A stretch of 64,000 nucleotides of DNA from a virus. Its lineage: Duplodnaviria > Caudoviricetes. Positions within the stretch are counted from its first letter, which is position 1, and the number at the start of each line of letters is the position of its first letter. This document shows positions 34,434-44,185 of this stretch, in pieces. The notes under the pieces were generated by a model, which did no database searches, was not told the DNA's origin, and saw nothing but the letters and a program-made list of their open reading frames with translations. The stretch covers positions 7,935-71,934 of the IMG/VR virus record IMGVR_UViG_3300032225_001595; one strand, written 5' to 3'. Made by a program: the position numbers and the translations under genes.

Positions 34434-35258
34434 ATGAAGTTACTGCGTGTTTTTATTGCGGCGTTTATCGCCGTGAGTATGGCTTTTGTCGCACCTTTGA
34501 GCAGTAAACCTGCATCAGGCGTAGGTATTGAACCTAAGAGTGCGGTTTATAATTGTGAAACTAAGCGCACATGGGATAGCGCGGAACAGTCGTATGTGTA
34601 TAAGTTTACTTGTGATGTTTTTTCTGCTGACGACCCGAAAGCGACACCATCTCCGACTGCTTCTGAGCTCTCAGGTAGTCCTTCTCCCAGCCCAACAGCG
34701 GTGTTTCCTTCCGTTTCTGCCGAACCATCTCTGACAAAGCTACCAGCAGAACCTGTTCCACTACCCACCCCTGACGTGACTGACCTGACGCCCGAACCGG
34801 CGACATCTAATGTGATTGATAATCCTAGTATATCACGGGATGATCAAGTGATAATTGAGCAAGCCACTGAAGACGGGGTGTTGACTGACGATGAGAAGGT
34901 CAAGGTGGCGGATATTCTTGTGGAGTCATTCACGGATGCCCCAGCTATTCCATCGGATGTGTTGCAGGATTCTGGGCTTGACTATGAGGATTTACCTCCT
35001 GAACAGCCTGTGAGTTTAGATAACGGGGTGGTTATTACCGCAAGTGTGGCTGATGCTATTCAAATTTTTGACACACCATCAGATGTGCTTACAACTGTTC
35101 TTGTGGATCCTAAAAAAGCTTTTAAAGCCATTTTTAATGTGGGGGCAGATTTACCTAAGAAGGTAAGAAAGAAAAGCCAACAAGTGGTTTTTCCCGTAAT
35201 TATTGTTGGTTCAGTTATAACTAGTGCAACTTTGGGAATAATAAAAATAAGGAGGTAA
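34434..35258 (+). CDS. Secreted/membrane protein with Pro/Thr-rich linker and C-terminal TM helix
   Basis: N-terminal signal peptide; VVFPVIIVGSVITSATLGII anchor. Confidence 0.7.
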   Translation: MKLLRVFIAAFIAVSMAFVAPLSSKPASGVGIEPKSAVYNCETKRTWDSAEQSYVYKFTCDVFSADDPKATPSPTASELSGSPSPSPTAVFPSVSAEPSLTKLPAEPVPLPTPDVTDLTPEPATSNVIDNPSISRDDQVIIEQATEDGVLTDDEKVKVADILVESFTDAPAIPSDVLQDSGLDYEDLPPEQPVSLDNGVVITASVADAIQIFDTPSDVLTTVLVDPKKAFKAIFNVGADLPKKVRKKSQQVVFPVIIVGSVITSATLGIIKIRR

Positions 35259-35261
35259 GCA

Positions 35262-35441
35262 ATGAGGTGGTTCAAAGATGTGTTTATTGAACTCCTTAAT
35301 CAAACTTTTACACTCCTTGGCTTTTTTACTGCGTGGGTTCTTCTGGAAGGTAGCGCCCGCAAAGTGGTGGGGGTTGCAATTTTATGGTCGTGTTTTATTT
35401 GGTTGGTGACACTTCGAGTGAGGGAGCCTAAAGATGAGTAA
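35262..35441 (+). CDS. Small two-TM membrane protein (59 aa)
   Basis: GGAGG then ATG at 35262; NQTFTLLGFFTAWVLLEGSAR. Confidence 0.65.
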   Translation: MRWFKDVFIELLNQTFTLLGFFTAWVLLEGSARKVVGVAILWSCFIWLVTLRVREPKDE

Positions 35442-35673
35442 AGTGTTTAAAACTATCCCAATTCGCATGCTGGCGGTGTTTTTACACTCAGCTCTGGCAG
35501 TTATTGGTGCCGGGTCTATTATTGGTATTAACGCCGCTAAGTCTGCGTTGATTGCGGGTGTCACAGGCGTAGCACAAGTGCTACAAGCGTTAACTAAGGG
35601 TTACATTGATGACGGGGTTTTAAATGATGATGAAGTCAATTCAGCGTTTAGTTTGATTGGCGAAGAGAAATGA
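35434..35673 (+). CDS. Membrane protein, holin-like
   Basis: Two hydrophobic segments; DDGVLNDDEVN. Confidence 0.6.
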   Translation: MSKVFKTIPIRMLAVFLHSALAVIGAGSIIGINAAKSALIAGVTGVAQVLQALTKGYIDDGVLNDDEVNSAFSLIGEEK

Positions 35674-35906
35674 ATTGGAACTCTGCTGGTGGTTGGGCCA
35701 CCGTAGGCGGTCTCATTTTAGAAATACTAATTATTTTGTGGGGCGTGTTTCGTCACTTTAATAAAATTGAACGCCGTTTAGACCGCATGGAATTGGAATA
35801 CAAACCCAATCATGGGTCAAGTATGCGGGATGCTGTAAACCGAATTGAGAAGAGCATAGCAAAGCTTGAGGGTCGTTTTGAGCAACATGTGGAAGAAACC
35901 GAATAG
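35670..35906 (+). CDS. TM plus coiled-coil protein typical of actinophage lysis cassettes
   Basis: N-terminal TM; KPNHGSSMRDAVNRIE. Confidence 0.65.
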   Translation: MNWNSAGGWATVGGLILEILIILWGVFRHFNKIERRLDRMELEYKPNHGSSMRDAVNRIEKSIAKLEGRFEQHVEETE

Positions 35907-35941
35907 TAAAATAGGATTACCTACTAGTAGCGAGGAAACTC

Positions 35942-36136
35942 ATGGGTAAAAACCTTCAAACTGTGGTGCAAGGATACTTGTACGCGGGAATCACGGCTGC
36001 TGCTGCTCTGTGGATGAGCGGTGAGCATGACTTCAAGACCATTGGTGTTGCGGCTGCTACAGCGGTTGTCGGTCCCTTGCTCCAAGCAATCAACCCAAAG
36101 GACTCAGCAATCGGTGTTGGCGCATCAACTGAGTGA
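35942..36136 (+). CDS. Putative holin
   Basis: 64 aa, two TM segments, PLLQAINPKDSAIGVG. Confidence 0.65.
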   Translation: MGKNLQTVVQGYLYAGITAAAALWMSGEHDFKTIGVAAATAVVGPLLQAINPKDSAIGVGASTE

Positions 36137-36198
36137 TGTGTCAATGAAAATGGGTCGCTACGGCGGCCCTTTTTCTACTTAGGGAGTAAAATAGTTTT

Positions 36199-36426
36199 AT
36201 GTATGTTATTAAAAAAGTTCAAGCTCGGCAGGCACATGCTTTGCCAACTAGGGTGGGTCGCTCAGTTGGGCCGTTCCCGCCAGAACTTTTTGCTGCACCT
36301 ACTGTAATAAACCCTTATGACCCTACACCGGAGGAATACCTTGTATGCTCTGAATGTGGTGGCAGGGAGTTAGAAGCAAATATTCCGTTCCATGTTTGTT
36401 GGGAGGATGACGATGGCAATGCCTGA
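36199..36426 (+). CDS. Hypothetical protein (CSEC...HVC)
   Basis: TAAAAT-N6-ATG start. Confidence 0.6.
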   Translation: MYVIKKVQARQAHALPTRVGRSVGPFPPELFAAPTVINPYDPTPEEYLVCSECGGRELEANIPFHVCWEDDDGNA

Positions 36427-36871
36427 TCCTGAGGATGTAAACATTGATCAGCCAATTATTCCCGCTACTGGTCTCATTTTTGCCCCCACTTCGGGCGTGG
36501 AAAAAGATGTCAAAAGGATGGCTCATGGGCCTCGTCCGCGTGCTTTGTTGATGAGCTGGACCCCAGATGATAATAATCCGGGGTTTGGAACTATTGGGGT
36601 TGTTTTTCGTGACGCTGGGGGAAGAGTTTATAACTATTATGATGTGCCGCAAGATATTTGGGTTGGGTTTGAGGACGCTTACTCTACAGGTGAGTATTTA
36701 GAATCTTCTGGGTTAAACGGTTGGCCTAATAAGGGCTTTGCCGAAGGGTCTTTTACATTTTACCAAAAGGTAGTTTCGGCACGCCGTCAAGAATTTGGCG
36801 ATCAGTATGCCACAACTAAAGAATTCCTAGGTAGACCGAAGAAGTTGCTTGGAAAGCGCCCAACCCAGTAG
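36413..36871 (+). CDS. KTSC domain protein
   Basis: GTIGVVFRDAGGRVYNYYDVPQDIWVGFEDAYSTGEYL; GGAGG RBS. Confidence 0.7.
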   Translation: MAMPDPEDVNIDQPIIPATGLIFAPTSGVEKDVKRMAHGPRPRALLMSWTPDDNNPGFGTIGVVFRDAGGRVYNYYDVPQDIWVGFEDAYSTGEYLESSGLNGWPNKGFAEGSFTFYQKVVSARRQEFGDQYATTKEFLGRPKKLLGKRPTQ

Positions 36872-36880
36872 TATAGTCAC

Positions 36881-37141
36881 ATGAAATCTTTTGGAAAACT
36901 ATACGCTGATGTTATTAATTACCCTATCTACAAGAACAGGCTTATTGTAGAAAAAGGGTGGAGCAACGAGACAGATGAACCTTATAGAAAAGGTACCTGC
37001 CTTGTTATCAAACTTCCCTTGCTTTCTAAAGCGTTTGTTTTAGGTTTTTGGGGAAAACCACAATCTGAGGCGGATGCCCTTATGGGCGCTATCATGGGTA
37101 AATCCCTTGATGTTTCTACGGAAGAAATTATGGAGTGGTAA
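36881..37141 (+). CDS. Hypothetical protein
   Basis: TAGTAT-N6-ATG start. Confidence 0.65.
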   Translation: MKSFGKLYADVINYPIYKNRLIVEKGWSNETDEPYRKGTCLVIKLPLLSKAFVLGFWGKPQSEADALMGAIMGKSLDVSTEEIMEW

Positions 37142-37374
37142 TGTTTAAGAAAAAGAACTGGAATAAACCGTTTTCTGAGAAAATCGCCAAGCGGGTAAAA
37201 ATCATTCCACGAGATCAGTTATCTGTGTGGATTGAAACATCATCATATGAGGTTACTCGTTGTATCCGGGAGTATGAAAAAACTAATGATCTGTTCTTTC
37301 TTAAAGAGGCGTTAACAGGTGCTGAGGCGCTGCACGCATCGGTGAACGAGTTATACGACCGGTCTGTGATATAG
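37135..37374 (+). CDS. Hypothetical protein
   Basis: 79-aa coupled ORF. Confidence 0.65.
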   Translation: MVMFKKKNWNKPFSEKIAKRVKIIPRDQLSVWIETSSYEVTRCIREYEKTNDLFFLKEALTGAEALHASVNELYDRSVI

Positions 37375-37410
37375 TTAATACTGCCTTCCTTCCTTCCTCC
37401 CGTAGGCGAC

Positions 37411-37445
37411 AAAAGGCCCGGTTTAAACGCCGGGTCTTTTGTTTT
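37411..37445 (+). terminator. Intrinsic terminator before the terminase gene
   Basis: AAAAGGCCCGG-N8-CCGGGTCTTTT GTTTT. Confidence 0.7.
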
Positions 37446-37483
37446 ACGGTAAACTTATAGGAGAGCCCTAACATTGGAAAACC

Positions 37484-39034
37484 ATGCGCGAGATTGAGTT
37501 TTACGAAGAAGATGAACTGCCTCCGATTGAGGAAGAGCAGGAGCTTGACGAATTCTCTAAAGAGTTCGTTAAAAAGCTTGTAGACAAGATGATGCAGTTT
37601 ATGGCTGCCCTTGTTGGTCATGACCTGCACCCGTATCAAAAACCTTTGGCTAGAAGAATTATTGAGTCCGTCATTATCAACGACGGTGAGGAAATCACCG
37701 CTTTAGCTTCTCGTCAATCAGGTAAGTCTGAAACTATTGCTAATACTGTTGTGACGCTCATGGTGTTGCTTCCACGGTTGGCAAAGATGTACCCGGATCT
37801 TTTAGGCCAGTTTAAAGACGGTCTTTGGGTTGGCATGTTTGCTCCTGTTGAGGGTCAGGTAGAAACCCTGTTTGGTAGGGCGATTAACCGTCTTACAAGT
37901 GAGCGTGCGCAAGAAATTCTAGGGGACCCTGAAATTGATGACTCTCTTGGTAAAGTGCCGGGTGTTACCCGCCAAATTAAATTGAAGAACTCTGGGTCTA
38001 CTTTGATGATGATGACCGCTAACCCGAGAGCCAAGATTGAATCTAAGTCCTTCCATCTCATTGTTATTGATGAGTGTCAAGAAGCAGACGATTTTGTTGT
38101 TTCTAAATCTATTAGTCCAATGCTTGCCTACTACTCAGGCACTATGGTAAAAACTGGTACTCCTACGGTGAGTAAAAATAATTTTTATCGGGCTATCCAG
38201 TTAAATAAGCGGCGTCAAACAGCTCGTGGTCGGCAAAACCATTTTGAGTGGGATTGGCGAGAGGTAGCCAAGTACAACAAAAATTACGAAAAGTATGTTA
38301 AGAAGGAAATGCTTCGTATCGGCGAGGATTCGGATGAGTTCCAAATGTCGTACTGCTGTAAATGGATTCTTGAGCGCGGTATGTTTATTACATCATCTGT
38401 TATGGAAGACTTAGGCGATACCAGTATGGAGGTGTCTAAGTCGTGGTTTAAGTCCCCTGTTGTGGTTGGTATTGATCCAGCCAGAAAGATGGACTCCACT
38501 GTGGTCACTGTGGTGTGGGTGGACTGGGATAGGCCGGATGAGTTTGGTTACTACGATCATAGAGTGCTCAACTGGTTAGAGTTACAGGGAGATGACTGGG
38601 AAGATCAGTACTTCCAGATTGTTAACTTCTTATCTAATTACAACGTTATTTTTATTGGGGTGGACGCTAATGGCGTTGGAGATGCTGTTGCACAGCGTTT
38701 AAAGCTCCTTATGCCTCGTGCAGAGGTCGTTCCCATTACAAGTAGTGCACCTGAGCAATCTAAGCGCTGGAAGCACCTCAAGGCCCTTATTGATCGACGC
38801 ATGGTGGGGTGGCCTTCTCACGCAAAGACTAGGCGTTTGCGTACTTGGAAACGTTTTTATCAGCAAATGACAGACTTGGAAACAAAATTTCAGGGGCCAA
38901 ACTTTACTGCTAAAGCGCCTGATGAGCCACATGCTCATGATGATTACGCGGATTCACTGGCTATTGCTTGTGCTTTGACATTGGATATAACAATTCCGGA
39001 AGCTGAAATGTCTAGTTCGCCATTTTTCCATTGA
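37484..39034 (+). CDS. terL: Terminase large subunit
   Basis: Walker A ASRQSGKS, Walker B LIVIDECQE, nuclease VGIDPAR, DANGVG, HDDYADS. Confidence 0.95.
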   Translation: MREIEFYEEDELPPIEEEQELDEFSKEFVKKLVDKMMQFMAALVGHDLHPYQKPLARRIIESVIINDGEEITALASRQSGKSETIANTVVTLMVLLPRLAKMYPDLLGQFKDGLWVGMFAPVEGQVETLFGRAINRLTSERAQEILGDPEIDDSLGKVPGVTRQIKLKNSGSTLMMMTANPRAKIESKSFHLIVIDECQEADDFVVSKSISPMLAYYSGTMVKTGTPTVSKNNFYRAIQLNKRRQTARGRQNHFEWDWREVAKYNKNYEKYVKKEMLRIGEDSDEFQMSYCCKWILERGMFITSSVMEDLGDTSMEVSKSWFKSPVVVGIDPARKMDSTVVTVVWVDWDRPDEFGYYDHRVLNWLELQGDDWEDQYFQIVNFLSNYNVIFIGVDANGVGDAVAQRLKLLMPRAEVVPITSSAPEQSKRWKHLKALIDRRMVGWPSHAKTRRLRTWKRFYQQMTDLETKFQGPNFTAKAPDEPHAHDDYADSLAIACALTLDITIPEAEMSSSPFFH

Positions 39035-39082
39035 TTTTTAGCCGTACAATTGATGTGAGGTACCTCAACCTAAGGAGTAAGA

Positions 39083-39481
39083 ATGCCAATTGCACCAGCA
39101 CCCCGGTTCCCGGAGAATGCGCCTACGGTTTATGACCGTGCCATGGCCCCGGCAATTCCGGGTAAGCGCGGTCCTTTGCGTTTTGAGGAAGGTATCGCCA
39201 CCGATACCGATGTTCCCCAAAACTTTCAGAAGGGCGCATTGCAGGGTTACACACCTGCACCGGGTCGTTCAAACCACAACGCTAATGTCTTTGAGAAGTA
39301 TCCAGAAGAGACAATGGCTGAACGGGCTCACGTTGGTTCCGCCGCATGGGTGGAAGCCCCCGCAATGCTTCAGGAGTTTGCTTCTGAGGCGTTTGCTGAC
39401 CACGGCGTGCTTCAGTACGAAGAGGTGTTCCGTAATGGTGGACACCAGCACCGCGTAAATCCCGCTGTCGTCAACGACTAA
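39083..39481 (+). CDS. Conserved hypothetical protein between terminase and portal
   Basis: GPLRFEEGIATDTDVP; AAGGAG RBS. Confidence 0.75.
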   Translation: MPIAPAPRFPENAPTVYDRAMAPAIPGKRGPLRFEEGIATDTDVPQNFQKGALQGYTPAPGRSNHNANVFEKYPEETMAERAHVGSAAWVEAPAMLQEFASEAFADHGVLQYEEVFRNGGHQHRVNPAVVND

Positions 39482-39541
39482 TTTGTTTGCCTTGGGCAGG
39501 AAGTATGAGTCCTGCCCAAGGTAGGCATTCGTGAGGTCATT

Positions 39542-39856
39542 ATGGCTTATATGCAAGGTCGCCCTGTAGCGGAGAGTGCGCACCTAGAGCCCGCTAATCC
39601 CAAAATGTGGAATATGTATGTGGCTCAGGCTAAGGCGCGGTTTCGTGTTTACCCTTCCCCCACTGCTTCTTCTTGGGTTCACGCTCAATATGTGCAGGCT
39701 GGCGGTAAGTTTGTTGACAACAAAAGTCAAGTAGACCCAAGGTTTAGAGATTACGCCAACGAAGATATTAAAAAGAAGGAAGCCCTTCAAAAGAAAAAAG
39801 TAAAAAAGCCGGTGGGTAAAGGAACGAGAGCAAGCCGTCAGTTCCTTCCCGGATAA
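39542..39856 (+). CDS. Hypothetical basic protein
   Basis: 104-aa ORF. Confidence 0.7.
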   Translation: MAYMQGRPVAESAHLEPANPKMWNMYVAQAKARFRVYPSPTASSWVHAQYVQAGGKFVDNKSQVDPRFRDYANEDIKKKEALQKKKVKKPVGKGTRASRQFLPG

Positions 39857-39894
39857 CGTGCTAAACTAGATGAACAACAGTTGAGGGTGGTAAG

Positions 39895-41616
39895 GTGAGT
39901 ATTGATTTTTCGCCCCCTAGTTATAGGGCAGCGTCATCAGACCTCACTATTTCTATTTCCCCGCTGGGTCTTGTTGAACTTGCGGATGAAGAGTTTGAGG
40001 TTCACGGTCCTCGTCTAAACCGTTATTCCCTTAACTGGGCAATGTATTTGGGTCACCACCAGTCTTACCGCCGTCAGGCTGGTGAAACCCAGATGATCAT
40101 GAATTATTACCGTGCTATGACGGATTACATCATTAACTTTTCTTTTGGTAATGGTGTTAATTTTCGTTCACCAAAAATGACTGAGGCTATTGTGCCCGGT
40201 TTGTTGGAGCGCGTGTGGGAGATTGATAACAATAAACCCACTGTGTTGTGGGAAATGGGTCAGCAGGGCGGAGTTTCTGGTGACTGTTTTATTAAAGTTG
40301 CGTATGAGGAGCCTTTTGAGGATTCCGCCGGAAGACTGCACCCCGGTAAAGTTCGCATTTTGCCGTTAAATTCGTCTTTTTGTTTCCCTGAGTTTCACCC
40401 ACATGACCGCGAACGTCTTATCCGTTTTAAACTTAAGTATCGTTTCTGGGGAACTTCTCTTGAGGGTACTCGTCAGGTGTTCACGTATACGGAAATTTTG
40501 ACTGATGATGTCATTGAAGAGTACATCAATGATGAACTTATTGATTCTCGCCCTAATCCGCTTGGCATTGTCCCTGTTGTTCATATTGCAAACGTAAGAG
40601 TTTCCGGGTCCCCATGGGGGTTATCGGATTGTTATGACATCATCCCAATTAATAGGACATACAATGAAGTTAGTACGGACATTGCGGACATCGTTAATTA
40701 TCACGCTGCTCCTGTTACAGTTATCACGGGAGCCAAGGCTTCCCAGCTGGAAAAGGGCGCAAACAAGGTCTGGGGTGGTTTACCCAAGGACGCGCGAGTA
40801 ACAAACCTTGAGGGTGGTGCCGAAGGGCTGCGGGGTGCCATGGAGTTCCTTGAGATGATGAAGAAGACCATGCATGAACTTGTGGGCATCCCTGAGACTG
40901 CTTTGGGTCAGGCGCAACCCATCTCTAACACTTCTGGTGTTGCTTTGTCTATTCTTTTCCAACCTTTGATGAACAAGTACCGTCAAAAAATTATTCAATA
41001 CGCGCATGGTCTTGAGCGCGTAAATGAACTTGTGTTAATTACTTTAGCGGTTAAAGAACCAGAAGCGTTGCAGTGGAACCCGCAAGTTGATGTTCAGTTG
41101 AAACCCGGGCAAGTTCCTGTGCTTGATCCCGCTGACCCTGCTACATACACAACTTATGCGCATTTTCCGCCGCCTTTGCCGTTGGATAAGCTGATTGTTT
41201 TAAATGAGATTCAGTCGAAAATGTCTCTTGGTTTGGAATCAAAAGCTGGGGCTTTGCGTACATTGGGTGAAGAGTTCCCTGAGGAAAAGCTTGTTGAAAT
41301 TCGCCAAGAATTGCTTGATGATGCTCGCGCAGACGGGGCCCTTAAGTTGGTTCAAACTCAAGTTGAGAATGAAATCATGTCGTTGACGGGCATGATGTCA
41401 GGTGGCCTCGGTGGACAGCCTGTTCCTATGGGTGGTCCTGAGGGGCCAGTTCCGGGAGCACCGGTACCGGGTCAAGCACCTCCTGTACCAATTATTGACC
41501 AAGCAGCTATGGAAGTTCAAATGGGCGAGCAAGCTTTGAGAACTCAATTAGTAACTGAAGCATACGGCACCGTTGTTCCCCCAAGGAAGGTACCGAATGA
41601 TTACAACAAGAATTAG
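39895..41616 (+). CDS. Portal protein (SPP1 gp6-like)
   Basis: Position after terL; NPLGIVPVVHIAN, ETALG...SNTSGVALSI. Confidence 0.9.
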   Translation: MSIDFSPPSYRAASSDLTISISPLGLVELADEEFEVHGPRLNRYSLNWAMYLGHHQSYRRQAGETQMIMNYYRAMTDYIINFSFGNGVNFRSPKMTEAIVPGLLERVWEIDNNKPTVLWEMGQQGGVSGDCFIKVAYEEPFEDSAGRLHPGKVRILPLNSSFCFPEFHPHDRERLIRFKLKYRFWGTSLEGTRQVFTYTEILTDDVIEEYINDELIDSRPNPLGIVPVVHIANVRVSGSPWGLSDCYDIIPINRTYNEVSTDIADIVNYHAAPVTVITGAKASQLEKGANKVWGGLPKDARVTNLEGGAEGLRGAMEFLEMMKKTMHELVGIPETALGQAQPISNTSGVALSILFQPLMNKYRQKIIQYAHGLERVNELVLITLAVKEPEALQWNPQVDVQLKPGQVPVLDPADPATYTTYAHFPPPLPLDKLIVLNEIQSKMSLGLESKAGALRTLGEEFPEEKLVEIRQELLDDARADGALKLVQTQVENEIMSLTGMMSGGLGGQPVPMGGPEGPVPGAPVPGQAPPVPIIDQAAMEVQMGEQALRTQLVTEAYGTVVPPRKVPNDYNKN

Positions 41617-41708
41617 TTGATTTTTGCTGTAAACTAGTAAAAACCCACCGTGTGGTCATATGTGGCATTGATTATCGGACAACGACCCAGACAATATAAA
41701 GGATAATC

Positions 41709-42500
41709 ATGGACACATCTGCAAATGTTGATGCTTTCGCTGCGGAAGCAGGGACAACTCCAGTTGTAGCAGGCGTTGACGCGCCCACTGCTACGCCTTC
41801 TTTTTCTCCCAATACTCCTAATGCTAATAAGTTTTATACTGAAGAAGATTTAGCACGAGTCCGGGGTCAAGAAAAGGACAAGCTTTACCCTCAGATTGAC
41901 AAGTTGAAGGAAGAACTTGACGCGATTAAGCGTGAGCGTGAAGAAGAATCTGCCCGTAAGGCTGCTAAGGAAGCCGCAAAGGTCGCTAAAGAAGCTGAGT
42001 TAGCAAAGAAGAAGCAGGAAGATGAGCTTGAGCTCCGCGACCTGCTGTCTAAAAAAGAACAAGAGTGGTCGGAGCAGTTGGATCGTGAGCGCCAAGAGCG
42101 TGAACGCGCCTTTGCTTTACTGGAGCGCGAAAAGACTTTTGCAGAAGTGCAGTCTTATCGCCAAACTAGACTTGACCAAGTTCGGGATAATATCATTCCT
42201 GAGTTGGTTGATTTAATTCAAGGTAACACCCCTGAAGAAATTGACGCGAGTATAGCAGGATTACAGGATCGTTCATCGCGTATCCTAGAATCAGCGCAGC
42301 AAGCTATGCAAGCAGCGCGTCGTGATATGACGGGGACGCGGGTAACCACGCCCCCAGCCGGACCGTTGGATATCAATACGGGTAATAGACAGTTTACGGC
42401 GGAAGATATTTCCTCCATGTCGATGAACGAATACGCGAAGTACCGCCAGCAACTTTTGAGTGATAAAGCTCAGGGTCGCTCACAGGGACTGTTCGGGTAA
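41709..42500 (+). CDS. Capsid scaffolding protein
   Basis: Charged coiled-coil immediately before the capsid gene; MSMNEYAKYRQQLL C-terminus. Confidence 0.8.
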   Translation: MDTSANVDAFAAEAGTTPVVAGVDAPTATPSFSPNTPNANKFYTEEDLARVRGQEKDKLYPQIDKLKEELDAIKREREEESARKAAKEAAKVAKEAELAKKKQEDELELRDLLSKKEQEWSEQLDRERQERERAFALLEREKTFAEVQSYRQTRLDQVRDNIIPELVDLIQGNTPEEIDASIAGLQDRSSRILESAQQAMQAARRDMTGTRVTTPPAGPLDINTGNRQFTAEDISSMSMNEYAKYRQQLLSDKAQGRSQGLFG

Positions 42501-42541
42501 GAAAAATTTAACCCATCTAAACTAGTTTAGGAGTCAATAAA

Positions 42542-43636
42542 GTGGCTAGCGGTATTACTGGTACCGGGCTTTTGGCAGCATCGCCAACCGCCTATTCGGG
42601 TACTAACACCCAGCTTACTCAGTCGATCCAGACAATCTGGTCGAAGGAGATTCTATTCCAAGCGATGCCGATCCTGCGTTTCGAGCAATTTGCGGTCAAG
42701 AAGACCGAGCTCGGTGTCGCCCCGGGTCTGCAGATTAACTTCATGCGTTACAACAACCTTGGATCAGCGGCCCCGCTGGTTGAGGGTGTTCGCATGTCCA
42801 CCAATGCGCTGACTGCACAGCAGTTCAGCATCACCGTTGCAGAGCACGGCTACGCAATTGCCGTTTCCGAACTTCTGCTTAACGCATCTTTTGATGATGT
42901 GATGGCGTCTGCGTCCCGCCTTTTGGGCCGTAACATGGCTATCTACCTTGACAACCTGTCTCGTGACACGCTGTACAACGCAACGTCGCAGATCTGGGGC
43001 GAAGACATCCTCACCAAGGTAGACAACAGCGGTGCCAAGACCGAAAACATCAACAACTGGTATGCAAATGGTTACGTTGCGACTAGTAACGCGGGCCTGA
43101 ATGGTGCTAATTACTTGACCCCTCACACGGTCAAGGATGCTGTTGAGCAGTTGGCAACTAAGAACATTCCGAGACTGGGCGAAACCTATGTTGCGTTTGT
43201 TCACCCACACCAGAGCCGTCGTCTCCGTGACAACCCTGAGTTCATTGAGGTCACGAAGTACGCAGCCCCGGGTAACTTCATGCTTGGTGAAATCGGTCGC
43301 CTTTATGACACCGTGTTCATTGAGACCACGCAGGTCCGCAAGGTTCCTAAGGGTGCTGGTACCAACTGGACTGCTGACTCGGCTGTTGCAAATCCTGTTG
43401 TTGCACCCGGTGGTGGTTACACCACGCCAGTTACGTTGACAGGTAACGGTACGTATGACCGTTATGATGCCATCTTTATTGGTGACAACGCGTTTGGTCA
43501 CGCAACCTCGCTCCCGGTTGAGCTCCGCGACGGCGGTATTCTTGACTTCGGTCGTGAGCATGCATTAGCTTGGTACTCCATCTTCGGCCTTGGTCTGATC
43601 ACCGATCAGGCTGTGCTGGTTGCGAGCACCAACTGA
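42542..43636 (+). CDS. Major capsid protein (N4-gp56-like family)
   Basis: IWSKEILFQAMPILRFEQFA, GEIGRLYDTVFIET, DFGREHALAWY. Confidence 0.92.
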   Translation: MASGITGTGLLAASPTAYSGTNTQLTQSIQTIWSKEILFQAMPILRFEQFAVKKTELGVAPGLQINFMRYNNLGSAAPLVEGVRMSTNALTAQQFSITVAEHGYAIAVSELLLNASFDDVMASASRLLGRNMAIYLDNLSRDTLYNATSQIWGEDILTKVDNSGAKTENINNWYANGYVATSNAGLNGANYLTPHTVKDAVEQLATKNIPRLGETYVAFVHPHQSRRLRDNPEFIEVTKYAAPGNFMLGEIGRLYDTVFIETTQVRKVPKGAGTNWTADSAVANPVVAPGGGYTTPVTLTGNGTYDRYDAIFIGDNAFGHATSLPVELRDGGILDFGREHALAWYSIFGLGLITDQAVLVASTN

Positions 43637-43653
43637 GGTAACAACCTCGTAAG

Positions 43654-43685
43654 CTGGGGGCTGGTACACTTGTATCAGCCCCCAG
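43654..43685 (+). terminator. 14-bp hairpin after the capsid gene (stabiliser or attenuator, no U-tract)
   Basis: CTGGGGGCTGGTAC-ACTT-GTATCAGCCCCCAG. Confidence 0.55.
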
Positions 43686-43717
43686 TGCTTTCTACAGACA
43701 TTAACTAGGAGAAAATA

Positions 43718-44086
43718 ATGGCAACAAAAGCAAAACCCGGTGACGCTACCGGTAGACTCCGTGAGGAAACCCTTCGTGCAGTAGCAGCGGAGCAAGAGCA
43801 GCGTTCTGCTTCTTTGACCATGGCTGCTGCTGAGGAAAAAATTCGTCAAGAAACCGAAGTTATTGACGCAACTGTGGCAAATACTGCGACTGTTATTGTT
43901 GATGAAGTTATTGTTGCTGAGGCGGCAAAAGATGACACGGTTGTTATTCGTGTTGTTGAAGACATTGAGAACATGACTTTTGGCGCGGGTAATTATTTTT
44001 CGTTTAGGGCCGGTCAAAAGTACGCGGTAAACCGTGATCTGGCTAATCATCTTCAGGCTAAAGGTTACTTAGCAAATACGCTGTGA
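43718..44086 (+). CDS. Head-associated hypothetical protein
   Basis: 122 aa; GGAG RBS. Confidence 0.7.
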   Translation: MATKAKPGDATGRLREETLRAVAAEQEQRSASLTMAAAEEKIRQETEVIDATVANTATVIVDEVIVAEAAKDDTVVIRVVEDIENMTFGAGNYFSFRAGQKYAVNRDLANHLQAKGYLANTL

Positions 44087-44100
44087 TGTAGTTGTGAAGG

Positions 44101-44128
44101 GAGACGGGCTTCGGCCCGTTTTCTTTTT
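44101..44128 (+). terminator. Intrinsic terminator
   Basis: ACGGGC-TTCG-GCCCGT TTTCTTTTT. Confidence 0.85.
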
Positions 44129-44185
44129 GCCTGTTTTTTGCCTGTTTTTTTGAGATAATAGAAGCAGGCTTACTGAGGAGTTTAT

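Noticed and set aside
8096-39034. Inteins or introns in nrdJ or terL; mobile role for the HNH gene
   Set aside because: Both enzymes are normal length with contiguous motifs; the HNH ORF is free-standing with no flanking intron structure seen.
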